A stretch of 64,000 nt of DNA from a bacterium. GTDB taxonomy: Bacteria; Electryoneota; Electryoneia; Electryoneales; Electryoneaceae. The stretch lies in contig OY769902.1 of assembly GCA_963669175.1 (NCBI GenBank), positions 4,992,001 to 5,056,000 on the forward strand. The letters run 5' to 3'. Position numbers and translations under genes: made by a program. Below are positions 39,449 through 49,830 of the stretch, one piece after another. The notes under the pieces are model-generated. The model saw only the letters and a program-made list of their open reading frames with translations. It was not told where the DNA came from and ran no database searches. The first letter of the stretch is position 1, and each line of letters begins with the position of its first letter.

Positions 39449-39629
39449 AGGAACGGGCTTTGAGTACACAGTTAATATACAACATGTTACATCAAAACGC
39501 GAACCGATTACTTGAAGTTTCTGAACCTGTTTGTGAGACGTCCTGGTGACTCTTCTGTTCAGGCTCTATCATACATGTTTATTATCAATAGCTTAGCCGG
39601 ATACGTTTTCGTAGCACCTTTGATTAAAA

Positions 39630-40200
39630 CGAAAATGGGACAGATCGCCGTGGGTCAGTCCCTGTTTTTCGTCAACAAAATGGAAACGGTTTGTGTGGCC
39701 CGGCGTGCCTGGTGCGCCTAGGCGCTTTGCACCCGGGCCACGCGGCTTGTTACTGGTTTAACTGTTCTCGATTTTATTCCGTCATACTGAGATTGCCAGG
39801 AAAAGGGGATAGCCACCTTTCCCGAACCATATACACATCAGGTCCACTTGATTCAAGGGAAAGGAAACTGTCCCTTTTTTCCATATCCTCTTTCCCCATC
39901 AACACTAAATCGTTCATTGGATACTATCACGACGGTTTATTTTCAAGATTTGCTATACTCCGCAGGAGTTAGATAGGTGAGCCCGGGGTTGGCGCAGTCT
40001 GTTTTGCGCCTACCCCGGGTTCGCATATAAGAGGATTTCAACTCTGGAAGAGTTGGATAACGGCAGAAACCTGAGAGGGGCCTGGAAAGCTCTATCCAAC
40101 TCCTTTGGAGTTGATACGTTTGGTTTCTTCTCCCCGGGTGCGTGCCAAACAGTCGGCACGTACCCGGGGCTCACCTATCCAACTCCTGCGGAGTTGCAAT
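39630..40200. repeat. nest of REP/REPIN elements (three families)
   Basis: gtggcccgg...ccgggccac (39696-39740); dispersed-element copy 2 (39765-39885); inverted pair actccgcaggagttagataggtgagcccgggg (~39957) / cccggggctcacctatccaactcctgcggagt (~40164). Confidence 0.8.
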
Positions 40201-40361
40201 TAATTCTGCCAAAGGTTTTCACATCCCGCATTTGCTTGATATTCACGGATAAAACTTTACCATAGATTGATACAAATGTGACCTGCTATTGCTTTTTGAT
40301 AACATTGAAAATAGCTTGCTGGTTGAAAGATCAAAGCAGCACGTACTATCCAGGGTGTTAT

Positions 40362-42035
40362 GTGAAAACGATTTCAATTTCGAGAATCCATGTAGTTTCC
40401 CTCATCATTATGCTGGTGCTCTCCACACAGGCATTTTCCCAAATTCATATCTCTGGCGAGCTGAACGGAACATTGACAGACACAACGTACATCGTGGATG
40501 ACGATGCGTATATCAATAGTTCGCTTACCATTGAACCGGGTGCGGTATTACGTTTCGAGGATGGTGCACAGTTCGATATCTATGGCCTTCTGGTAGCGGA
40601 AGGGACAGTAGAGGATACCATCTATTTTATTTTGAATGATGGCGCTGAAGCTTGGGGTGGGATTGATTTGAATCTTAATTCTTCTGCGCTGTGCCGTTTG
40701 TCCTACTGCTACATATCCGGTAGTAATTCTTGTGGAATTCTATGTTGGGATGCTGAACCGTATCGAATAAGCCACTGTGTCATTACCAACAATTCAGCCA
40801 GCGACCCAGACCAGGAGACGAATATTGGGGGCGGGATTTACTGGTTTGTTAGCTTCGGCGTGGAAGGTATTCGCAATTGCACTATCAGTAATAATGAAGA
40901 TTGTGGTATTTATATCGACATGATAGGCAATGCTACTCTTGACAGTTTGACAATAACAGGAAATAGTGACGGAGGTATTGTTATTTGTGAATCATACTTA
41001 ACCATGTCGAATAGTATCATCAGTAATAATGTTGCAGACACAAGCAATGTGAGGCGTGCAGGAGGCCTTTCGCTTGCAGAGGATGCAGGCGGGTTTACGC
41101 TTCTCAATTCTGAAGTCTCTAACAATTCAGGCTATACTGGCGGAATTTATTCAGATGTAGGTATCACATGTGTTAATTCATCTATATTGAATAACAGCAG
41201 TGAAGCACGCATAGGAGGTATAAATGTGGACTATGGAACATTCTCAGGTTGTATTATAAGTGGAAACAGTGGTGCCTACTGTGGAGGTATTCTTACACGG
41301 TCAGATATAGTGTTGGATCACTGTACTGTTGCTCAGAATATCAGTTATAGCAATTCTTCGAATGTCATAATGTATTTTAATTACAATATTATAACCAATA
41401 ATATTTTTTCCTTTAACCATGGAAATGGTTTATATATAGGTAATGGTGACAATTATAATGACATAAGAAATAATTTATTCTTTGGCAATACACCGTACAA
41501 CTTTAGATACTCAGAGGACTATGATACTGTTGGTGTCCTATCTACGACGAATAGTAATGGTGATTCCTGTGATCATTATTACAATCTTTTCCTTGATCCC
41601 ATGTTTGCCGATACCGGTGCGGGTGATTACTCATTGACAGAAGAATCGCCCTGTATTGATGCCGGTACCCCTGATTCTACCTATGATCCGGATAACACAA
41701 TTACCGATATTGGAGCGATTTATTTCAACCAGGCAGAAGTACCCCATAATCAGCAATCCGAATCTCCGGAAACCTTCCGAGTCAGTCCTGCGTACCCCAA
41801 TCCGTTTAATGCCGTAACCCGACTTCGTATAGATGTCCCTTATACATCTTCAGTGCATGTTTCTGTTTTCGATATTCTTGGACGTCAAGTACTTGTTCTC
41901 AAAGAAGATGTTCACTCTTGCGGCGTGCATGAACTGGTAATCGATGGATCCTCTTTGAGTTCAGGTACCTATTTTGTAAGCATTGCATTCGATGAAAGGC
42001 AGCAAAGAACAAGCAAAATCGTACTCCTGAAATAA
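40362..42035 (+). CDS. T9SS cargo with right-handed parallel beta-helix repeats
   Basis: GTG start; LTIEPGA, many I.NN repeats, DPMF.D...GDY.L...SPCIDAG...DPD....DIGA, YPNPFN C-terminal domain. Confidence 0.85.
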   Translation: MKTISISRIHVVSLIIMLVLSTQAFSQIHISGELNGTLTDTTYIVDDDAYINSSLTIEPGAVLRFEDGAQFDIYGLLVAEGTVEDTIYFILNDGAEAWGGIDLNLNSSALCRLSYCYISGSNSCGILCWDAEPYRISHCVITNNSASDPDQETNIGGGIYWFVSFGVEGIRNCTISNNEDCGIYIDMIGNATLDSLTITGNSDGGIVICESYLTMSNSIISNNVADTSNVRRAGGLSLAEDAGGFTLLNSEVSNNSGYTGGIYSDVGITCVNSSILNNSSEARIGGINVDYGTFSGCIISGNSGAYCGGILTRSDIVLDHCTVAQNISYSNSSNVIMYFNYNIITNNIFSFNHGNGLYIGNGDNYNDIRNNLFFGNTPYNFRYSEDYDTVGVLSTTNSNGDSCDHYYNLFLDPMFADTGAGDYSLTEESPCIDAGTPDSTYDPDNTITDIGAIYFNQAEVPHNQQSESPETFRVSPAYPNPFNAVTRLRIDVPYTSSVHVSVFDILGRQVLVLKEDVHSCGVHELVIDGSSLSSGTYFVSIAFDERQQRTSKIVLLK

Positions 42036-42064
42036 GGCTACTTTTCCGACTTGCGCACCAAGGT

Positions 42065-42355
42065 CGCGTGGCCCGGTGTGCTGGCACCCGGGCATTGCGA
42101 AGCACCTTCGATAGGGGATTTATTCCTGAATACTAACCTATACAAGAGAAAGACAGATCGACCATATTTGATAGGACTCCTGTGTTTTCTTTAGTCAGGA
42201 AATGTCATTTATGGAGAGTTGTTCATTGGTTTCGTGAGCACAACCGCCCGGGTGCAAGCACTCCGGGCCACGCGGTCTTTCAAAACCCTCTACAAACAAA
42301 CCGGGCCACGTGGTCTTTCAAAACCCTCTACAAACAAACCGGGCCACGCGGTCTT
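42065..42355. repeat. GTGGCCCGG-type REP pair plus 38-bp tandem repeat
   Basis: gcgtggcccgg...cccgggc (42066); ccgggccacg[c/t]ggtctttcaaaaccctctacaaacaaa repeated ~2.4 times (42263-42355). Confidence 0.8.
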
Positions 42356-42370
42356 GCTTCATGAATTTAT

Positions 42371-42406
42371 AAAAAACAGGTCACACCACCGAAGCGGTAT
42401 GACCTG
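42371..42406 (-). terminator. intrinsic terminator
   Basis: caggtca...tgacctg hairpin with a T6 tail on the minus strand. Confidence 0.65.
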
Positions 42407-42438
42407 AGAATTGGTCTTCACAATGCTGAAGCGGAAGT

Positions 42439-42957
42439 TTAGAACGGCGAAAAACCACCAGCGGCCCAGTAATCCTCTTTCAGGTTTTCCTGTTCGCCGA
42501 GCAGAGCAGTGTAATGGCCTTTTTCCCAGTCGACCAGCATCTGGTAGAAGTCGGCGACTTCCTTCTCGCCGTTCTTGGTGGCCTCATCACGTTCGCCTTC
42601 ATAGAACTTGATCGCGTTCAATTCGAGGGTGATCCCGATGGACAGCGCGCTCATCTCCATGTGGGCATCCTTGATTCTCTTCTTGAAATCGTCGGAGAAA
42701 ATCGGATGATCACCGGTCAGTTCATGCTGTTTCGGCAGTTTCAGGGTGCCGTCGATCTTGCCCATCTGCTTGATCGCGACATACTGCCCCTTCAGGAAAG
42801 CAACGTGTGCCTTTTCTTCCTGGGCCAGCATCTGAAACACTTCGCGTCCCTTGGGATCCTGCGTATTCATGGAAGCCATGGTGTAGAAGTTCACGCCATC
42901 GCCTTCACCCTGGATCGCCTGCTTCAATCCTTCAAGAATGCGGTCCTTTGCCTGCAT
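42439..42957 (-). CDS. ferritin/rubrerythrin-like di-iron protein
   Basis: AIQGE...FY, LAQEEKAH, ELNAIKFY, LVDWEKGH (paired ExxH motifs). Confidence 0.9.
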   Translation of the reverse strand: MQAKDRILEGLKQAIQGEGDGVNFYTMASMNTQDPKGREVFQMLAQEEKAHVAFLKGQYVAIKQMGKIDGTLKLPKQHELTGDHPIFSDDFKKRIKDAHMEMSALSIGITLELNAIKFYEGERDEATKNGEKEVADFYQMLVDWEKGHYTALLGEQENLKEDYWAAGGFSPF

Positions 42958-43041
42958 TACTCACTCCCGTATGTTCATGAATAGTTGACTGTCTTTCCAG
43001 TTCCGGCTTGTACAGTGTTGTCAGCCGCCCCAGACGACAAG

Positions 43042-44568
43042 TTACATATTCACGGCGTTGGTGTCAGCCTTCTTTTCTTTGGTAAAGAAGTAGAAGAGCA
43101 ACATGCCGATGGTCGAAGCCAGGCCGATGCAGGTCAGAACCACCCATACTCGCCAGGGATCATACGCATCCCACAGGGTACGAATCGCGTTATCCAGCAT
43201 TTCCTGGTTTGGCACGGCACCGTTGTTCATGACAGACGCCATTGTTTCCAGCACCTTATCCTTACCCAGTTCAGCTACTTGAACCGGATCCATATTCAAT
43301 GTATTGACCAGGTACTGACGGGCGAAGTTTTCACGGCTGCCCATGCTGTCATACAGAGGACCGGACACGAGGTTACCAACTGTCCACCCTACCGCGAACG
43401 GGATGTTGGAATAGCCCATGTACAGCGCTTTTTTATCCGGTGGGGCGATTAACCCCACATACTCGGAGAATTTCGGGCTGCATGTCATCTCACCAATGGC
43501 GAAGATGAAGATAGCAAGTGCGACCATCCAACCTACATTGGACGCGCCACTCATCAGGAAGCCAACCAGGGAAATCGCCATACCCAGGATCAGGGATACC
43601 ATCGGGTGGAATTTCCCGGACAGGTAGGTGACAAACAAAACCAGCAGGATAATGCCGAAGCTGTCGATGTTAATCATCATTTCCGGCTTCACATTGCCAT
43701 TGGGCAGGGTAACATCACCCAGCCAGCCGAACATGAAATTAAACATCGGCGCTACATCACGGCTGAACACCCATTCATCAATGAAGTTCGGCAGCAGATC
43801 CCAGAGCTGCATGAACATGAACCAGAAACCGCTGAAGATCGCCAGGAAGATGACAAAACGTGCATCAGTGAATACGCTGACAATATCCTTACCGGTCTGT
43901 CCCAGGGATTTTTTGCTGGCGGGACGTTCGGGTTCCTTGTACAGGAAGATGGTCGGAATGAAGTTGAACGCTGTCACTGCTGCCGCGCACAGGAAGACCA
44001 GCTTCCAGTTGTGCTCTCCACGCAGGATGGCGGCGAGGATCGGGGCAAGGAAACCACCGATGTTTACCATCCAGTAGAAGATACCCCAACCGACAGAGCT
44101 GTTCTCATCTTTTACTGTCTGGGCTACGGTACCCTGTGCCGGTGGCTTGAAGATGGCGGTTCCAAGCCCGATAGTACAAGCGGCCAGCATGGCGAACCAG
44201 AAATTGGCCGATAATCCGCCACCGGAAGCCGCAGCCATTTCCGGGATAAAGGCCCAGATCAGGTACCCGACAAAGTTGATGGTATAGGCAACATACAGGC
44301 TCTTTTTGTACCCGTAGTTGTCTGTGAAAGCACCCGACACCATCGGGACCAGGCATTGGATCAACGCCCAGACACCATAGATAATACCTTTTTGTGTATA
44401 AGATAACTCGAGGCCGTTCTCTGCCACCGAGTAGATCATGTACAGGGGAAGGATCGCACGAATGCCGAAGAACGCCAACCGTTCATTGATCTCCAGCCAG
44501 TTTGCCATCCAGAAGTTGCCAGGGAGCATTTTTACCTGCTGCCCCCATGATAAGCCTTTGCCTGCCAC
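43042..44568 (-). CDS. POT/PTR-like MFS peptide transporter
   Basis: AGGAGG RBS before GTG 44568; EINERLAFFG, FKP, GWGIFYWMVNIG, GEM..SPK.SEY motifs. Confidence 0.87.
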   Translation of the reverse strand: MAGKGLSWGQQVKMLPGNFWMANWLEINERLAFFGIRAILPLYMIYSVAENGLELSYTQKGIIYGVWALIQCLVPMVSGAFTDNYGYKKSLYVAYTINFVGYLIWAFIPEMAAASGGGLSANFWFAMLAACTIGLGTAIFKPPAQGTVAQTVKDENSSVGWGIFYWMVNIGGFLAPILAAILRGEHNWKLVFLCAAAVTAFNFIPTIFLYKEPERPASKKSLGQTGKDIVSVFTDARFVIFLAIFSGFWFMFMQLWDLLPNFIDEWVFSRDVAPMFNFMFGWLGDVTLPNGNVKPEMMINIDSFGIILLVLFVTYLSGKFHPMVSLILGMAISLVGFLMSGASNVGWMVALAIFIFAIGEMTCSPKFSEYVGLIAPPDKKALYMGYSNIPFAVGWTVGNLVSGPLYDSMGSRENFARQYLVNTLNMDPVQVAELGKDKVLETMASVMNNGAVPNQEMLDNAIRTLWDAYDPWRVWVVLTCIGLASTIGMLLFYFFTKEKKADTNAVNM

Positions 44569-44756
44569 GTAAACCTCCTGCTTAGCTTCCAGCGTTTTCA
44601 CACAGCTTGTGAGAAAAATCACGTAACCGGAGAAGATACACTCCTATTGTCGCGTTCGCCATATGGAGAGAAGACTGGTTAAAGAAAGGCTTGAAGATCG
44701 ATCCTCAGGATGGTCAATGGGATTACAGTGAAGCGACAATGGCGAAGTATCCAGAG

Positions 44757-45229
44757 GAGTAGATCCCGGACAACGCTAAACGACAGCGTTTCCGGGATGA
44801 CGCGGTAGCTGGTTTTGATAGGTAATAAAAGCGTTGCCGGGATGACGTGATAGCCGGTATTCGGCGAAAAATGGGACTGTTACCTTTTCATGATTGTAGA
44901 TGCAGGATGGCGAGACGACGGCTGGTGAAAAGGTAACTGTACCGAATTTTTCGCTGGCTACTGCGAGAATAGCCTGAGCAGGAAAATGCTGGGACAGCTA
45001 CCTTTTTCACAATAGGTTCTTCTGGAAATCAATTGCCATGTCAAAATGAAAAGATCATCAAGCAACATCATCCTGCCCAAAGTGAAAAAGTGTAGCAGTC
45101 CCGATTTTCCTGTTTGTTCCCTGTGAGAAAAACGGTGCTGTTACCTTTTCGTGATTGCAGATGCAGGATGGCGAGACAACGGCTGGTGAAAAGGTAACTG
45201 TACCGAATTTTTCGCTGGCTACTGCGAGA
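44757..45229. repeat. REP nest: GTCATCCCGG-type palindromes plus duplicated ~100-bp cassette
   Basis: gatcccgga...tccgggatgac (44762-44800); near-identical cassettes at 44866-44968 and 45127-45229. Confidence 0.8.
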
Positions 45230-45342
45230 TTATAATGGCTGAACAATCGCTCTTTCGCCACTCCGGGGAGTTGCCTATATTTCCACCTGCCGGTATACTG
45301 ACGGCCCTTACGCCTACAGTTTGAAAGAGAGTAGATAATTCC

Positions 45343-46665
45343 ATGATTTTTCGGCTTCGCCATACACTGCCCGCATTGATGCTCCTGCTTGCATTTGCCA
45401 GTTCACCCCTGTTATGTCCTGCGGTAAATGCGGAAGAATCTGAGGATGAAATCCTTGAGGTTTACCGTGAGGCCTACCCGGCGGAGTTCTACCGTCCCAA
45501 ACTGGTCTATTATCCGGGAACACCTGCCCCGTTGTACAGAAGCGATGTGGCTGAAGCGGCGCGGAATTTTAATGACAGACTTCGTTACGCTATTGACTGG
45601 ACCGGGTACGTTGAGCTGATCGAAGCGGAACAAGCTCCTACAGACAGCGCCGCATTGTACAATCCCGCGGACCCGATTACCGAGCTTCACGTTGAGTTCA
45701 AGCGTCCGAAAGAAGATCGTTTCGGCTATGCGACCGTCTGGATGTCCGCTCCGGGAGAGACAGCTTCTTTCGCTGACGGTATCCATTTTGATGTTACAAC
45801 AGTCCAGAAAGCAGCCGATACCATTGCACGAATTATCCTGTTCCGTTTGACCGGATTAACCGCTCCCTTTGACAGTAAGATCTGCTGCGTTCATGAAGAG
45901 GGCCGAATCAAGGAATTGAAGCTGCTGGCCTTCGATGGACGTTTCATTCAGCAGATTACCAGCGATAAAAACATTGCATTGTCTCCCACATGGTCGCCTG
46001 ATGGTACGAAAATCGCTTTCTGCTCATTCCGTGGCGGGAAAGACGCCGACCTGTGGATCGCGGACCTTACGCTTGGGAAAATGCGTCCCCTGGTGACCCG
46101 CATGGGAACCGATGCCGCTCCGGCATGGAGTCCTGACGGAAACTGGATCGTATTCGCAGGCTCCAGTGGCGCGGAAACTCATCTGTACAAGGTCCACCCT
46201 GATGGCACCGGGATGCAGGTGATGACCTTCATGAACTGCATCGATACTTCGCCCTCCTGGTCACCGACCGGACGTGACCTTGTCTTCATGTCTGACCGTA
46301 GCGGCAGCCCCCAGATATACAGGATGGACAGCGAAGGGCTGAACATCATCCGCCTTACCAGTGGCAGAGGGTATAACGCTGATCCGGCATGGTCGCCGGC
46401 AGGTGATTTTATCGTCTATACCCGGCTCGAACCGCATGGATTCCAGTTACGAATCATGGACCCGGCCGGCGGCAATGACATCCCCCTGACCGATGAACGT
46501 GGCGACCATCTTGAACCTTCCTGGAGCCCGGACGGGATGAAAATCACCTATTCCTTCAAGGGAAAACTCTGGGTGATGAATGTGGATGGCTTGAACAAAC
46601 GACCGCTTCTCAATGGCGGCCTGATGTCTACCTGGTCCCCGCCGCAGGATGATGAAGAGTTTTAG
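45343..46665 (+). CDS. tolB: TolB-like protein with PD40 repeats
   Basis: Signal peptide; LTG...PFDSKI linker; repeated P.WSPDG..I.F motifs. Confidence 0.8.
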   Translation: MIFRLRHTLPALMLLLAFASSPLLCPAVNAEESEDEILEVYREAYPAEFYRPKLVYYPGTPAPLYRSDVAEAARNFNDRLRYAIDWTGYVELIEAEQAPTDSAALYNPADPITELHVEFKRPKEDRFGYATVWMSAPGETASFADGIHFDVTTVQKAADTIARIILFRLTGLTAPFDSKICCVHEEGRIKELKLLAFDGRFIQQITSDKNIALSPTWSPDGTKIAFCSFRGGKDADLWIADLTLGKMRPLVTRMGTDAAPAWSPDGNWIVFAGSSGAETHLYKVHPDGTGMQVMTFMNCIDTSPSWSPTGRDLVFMSDRSGSPQIYRMDSEGLNIIRLTSGRGYNADPAWSPAGDFIVYTRLEPHGFQLRIMDPAGGNDIPLTDERGDHLEPSWSPDGMKITYSFKGKLWVMNVDGLNKRPLLNGGLMSTWSPPQDDEEF

Positions 46666-46731
46666 CATTTGCACAATTTATCAATAATGCAGAATATGGA
46701 TAGTTGCGTGTAAAATTGTGAATTAGTCGGC

Positions 46732-46877
46732 GAAAAACGGGACTGTTACCTTTTCGTGTATTCAAATGCAGGACTATCCAATCGATGTTGGTGAAAAGGT
46801 AACTGTACCTGGTTTTTCGCCTTACACTACGGAACAATGATGAACAATGGAAAATGCCGGGACAGTTACCAATTTCG
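46732..46877. repeat. third, diverged copy of the 44866 cassette
   Basis: gaaaaacgggactgttaccttttcgt...atgcagga...tggtgaaaaggtaactgtacc...gaaaatgccgggacagttacc. Confidence 0.75.
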
Positions 46878-47107
46878 CATAACAATTTTCTGGCAATGAA
46901 AATCATGTATGGTTGACAAACCCTGTTCACAGGGATCAGTTTCCAAGCTGGCGAAATTGTGTAACACTCCCCATTTTCCATTGACTTCGATTTTACATCC
47001 AGCGAAGCGCTGAAATCCCTCTTATGGCTGTCTCCCTCTGCCTGTCCGCTTTATCTACCCCGGAATCATTCGTAAATTAAAGCCAAGTAAAAACTAACGG
47101 AGTTGCT

Positions 47108-47755
47108 TTGATGTTGGACCAACAGGTCATCCCACTTTTTGCGTTGCCAAGAGTGTTGTTCCCGAAGATGATGCTGCCATTACACATTTTCGAGGACCGG
47201 TACAAGGAGATGATTCGGTATTGCCTGGATCGCGGACAGGGTTTTGGAATCCTGACCGATGAAGCCCTGGAGCCGGGTTCTATCGGCACCATGGCTTCAA
47301 TTCATAAAATCGTAAAGAAGTATTCCGACGGTCGATACGACCTGATGGTCCTCGGTGGGCAACGGTTCCGTCTGCTTCAACCCATAGACCTTCTCGGTTT
47401 TCCCCAGGGACATGTTGAATTGATTGACGATCTTCCTGAGGATGCCGTTGCCGAGGAACAGGTGCAGAACATGCTTGAGCTGTACAAGGGATTTATCTCA
47501 AGGCTGGCGCTCAAGCACTCCCAGCGTGAAGATCTCTCCGACATTCTCGATGACATCAACAGCGAACAGGACATTTCCTATATCATCAGCCAGACTATCG
47601 GCATGGACGCCCAACGTCAAGCCGAGCTTCTCGGGGTCACAAATCCGGTCGAACGTGTGGAGAAACTCACAGGCGAACTCCGTCGTCTCCGCAGGGTAAA
47701 TCAGATCGCCAGAAACCTGTTTGAAAGCGATGACTTTGACCCGTCAATGAATTAA
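47108..47755 (+). CDS. LON peptidase substrate-binding (N-terminal) domain protein
   Basis: IPLFAL..VLFP...LPLHIFE.RY..MI, DGRY....G..RF motifs. Confidence 0.9.
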   Translation: MMLDQQVIPLFALPRVLFPKMMLPLHIFEDRYKEMIRYCLDRGQGFGILTDEALEPGSIGTMASIHKIVKKYSDGRYDLMVLGGQRFRLLQPIDLLGFPQGHVELIDDLPEDAVAEEQVQNMLELYKGFISRLALKHSQREDLSDILDDINSEQDISYIISQTIGMDAQRQAELLGVTNPVERVEKLTGELRRLRRVNQIARNLFESDDFDPSMN

Positions 47756-47800
47756 CTTCCTTTCAGTTCGGAAACGTAAACCCTAACCATCGATTGGCAC

Positions 47801-49051
47801 ATGAACGACTCCATCCTTCTCACGGGAATCGGGTGGATGGCGACTCCCTGCCCTCCATCTGACAGACACGCCTTATACCAGGTCAACTTCCTCGATGCAG
47901 ACAGCATTCTGCTTGAATCCGGCAAGATCACCTGGATCGGCAAGTATGCAGATTTTAAGGGCGCCCCAGTCAGTAAACGGATTGATCTTGAAGGACGCGG
48001 TGTCACACCGGGCCTGATTGATTTTCATGCTCACCCCGTTTTCGCTTCCACCCGTGAAGACGAGTTTGAACTTCGCACTCGTGGCGCCAGTTATGCGGAA
48101 ATCGCCCAGGCTGGCGGCGGAATTCTCAATTCAGTGAAAAAGTTGCGTAACACAGAAGAAGCCCAACTTATTGCCTCCTCGCTTCCCTACCTGCAGGCCG
48201 CGATGATTCACGGTACAACCACGATGGAAGCGAAAAGCGGGTACGGCTTGTCTCCGGATGCAGAAGTTAAAATGCTGGAAGTGATCCGTGAACTTGATCT
48301 TCAGCAACCGGTTGATCTGATTCCGACTTTCCTCGGCGCTCATGAATTCCCCCCGGAATACCGTGAAGATCATGAGGGCTATATCAACCTCCTGGTCAAT
48401 GAAATGATCCCGATGGTTGCCGCACGCAACCTCGCGGCAGCATGCGATATTTTCTGTGAAACGGGCGTCTTTTCGGTAGAAGAAGCACGCAGAGTTCTCA
48501 CGGCTGCAAAAGAAAACGGTTTGCAGACGAAAGTTCATGCCGATCAGTTGACCCCGTTGGGCGGTGCGAAACTGGCCGCTGAACTGGGTTCACTCTCCGC
48601 TGACCATATTGAGTTTATTACCGATGAAGGCGTTGATGCCTTGGCCGAATCGGGCACTGTCGCGGGGCTGTTGCCGGTAGCGGCACATTTCCTTCGGATG
48701 ACTCAAGACCCGCCGGTACGCACGATGATTGAAAAGGGTGTGGTCTGCGCTTTGGCAACCGATTTCAATCCGGGCAGCGCCATGTCTCCCAACATGCAGA
48801 TGGCGCTTCACCTGGGTGTTATTCGTTTCCGTATCACCGCGGAAGAAGCGTTGTGGATGGCCACAGCCGGTTCTGCTCGCGCGCTTGGCCTGGTTGATCG
48901 TGGCTGGATCGGTGAAGGTGCAAAAGCAGACCTTGTTGTCTGGAATGCAAAAAGCCTGAAACAATTGCCCTACTATTTCGGCGTGAATCTCGCACACCAG
49001 GTATATATTAATGGTCAACTTGTCGTAGAAGACAACAGGATTACAGTATGA
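47801..49051 (+). CDS. hutI: imidazolonepropionase
   Basis: PGLIDFHAH, Y.EIA..GGGI, EAKSGYGL, TFLGAH, DIFCE, HADQL, ATDFNPG motifs. Confidence 0.95.
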   Translation: MNDSILLTGIGWMATPCPPSDRHALYQVNFLDADSILLESGKITWIGKYADFKGAPVSKRIDLEGRGVTPGLIDFHAHPVFASTREDEFELRTRGASYAEIAQAGGGILNSVKKLRNTEEAQLIASSLPYLQAAMIHGTTTMEAKSGYGLSPDAEVKMLEVIRELDLQQPVDLIPTFLGAHEFPPEYREDHEGYINLLVNEMIPMVAARNLAAACDIFCETGVFSVEEARRVLTAAKENGLQTKVHADQLTPLGGAKLAAELGSLSADHIEFITDEGVDALAESGTVAGLLPVAAHFLRMTQDPPVRTMIEKGVVCALATDFNPGSAMSPNMQMALHLGVIRFRITAEEALWMATAGSARALGLVDRGWIGEGAKADLVVWNAKSLKQLPYYFGVNLAHQVYINGQLVVEDNRITV

Positions 49052-49830
49052 TTGTAGTCGGCACATCCGGATATCATTTCAAAGATTGGACCGGTGTGTT
49101 TTATCCGCCTGAGCTGGAGAACCAGTACTGGCTTGACTACTATGCGAAACACTTTAAAACTGTTGAAATAAACTCCACCTATTACGGACTTCCCCGGGTT
49201 GACACGGTAGCTCGATGGGCAGATCAGACTCCTGATGATTTTGATTTTATTGTGAAAGTTCACGGCGATACAACTCATAAACGAACAGACAATGGCGCGA
49301 GTCTGAACGAATTACTGCAAGTGCTTTCACCCTTGCGGGAACAGGGCAAGCTTGCCGGTCTGCTGGCGCAGTTTCCGGCATCGTTTCACAATGGCGACAA
49401 AGAACGTGACTATCTCCGCGCGGTTATCCATCACACGGAAGGTCTCAATATTTTCGTAGAATTCAGACATTATACCTGGGATAGTGACGATGCTGTAGCC
49501 TTTTGCCGCGAGATCGGGGCGGGATGGGTTGCAGTTGATCTTCCCCGCATTGGCGGACTTCCAGGGGCGCGTCCTGCGGTAACCACTGCGACTGGTTACA
49601 TTCGCTTTCATGGACGTAATTCGAAGACATGGTATACTCCGGAAGCCGGCGATCGCTACGATTGGATGTACAGCGACCGTGAGCTTCAGCAATGGCTGCC
49701 ACGCCTGAAAGCGATGGATCAGCGCGCCGAGAAAACCTATTTGTTCTTTAATAATTGTCACGCCGGACAGGCGATAAAGAGTGCTGAAAAAATGCGACGA
49801 ATGCTCGAGAACCAATACGAGGTCCTTTAG
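49048..49830 (+). CDS. DUF72 family protein
   Basis: GTSGY...W.G.FYP, VEINSTYY, QFP.SF, VEFRH..W, YIRFHGRN, Y.FFNN motifs. Confidence 0.93.
   Translation: MIVVGTSGYHFKDWTGVFYPPELENQYWLDYYAKHFKTVEINSTYYGLPRVDTVARWADQTPDDFDFIVKVHGDTTHKRTDNGASLNELLQVLSPLREQGKLAGLLAQFPASFHNGDKERDYLRAVIHHTEGLNIFVEFRHYTWDSDDAVAFCREIGAGWVAVDLPRIGGLPGARPAVTTATGYIRFHGRNSKTWYTPEAGDRYDWMYSDRELQQWLPRLKAMDQRAEKTYLFFNNCHAGQAIKSAEKMRRMLENQYEVL

Noticed and set aside
42263-42355. Mini-CRISPR
   Set aside because: The 38-bp units are near-identical tandem copies without unique spacers; this fits slippage at a REP end.
44866-45229. CRISPR array
   Set aside because: Repeats are degenerate and alternate in orientation, spacers are duplicated, and there are no cas genes in the window.
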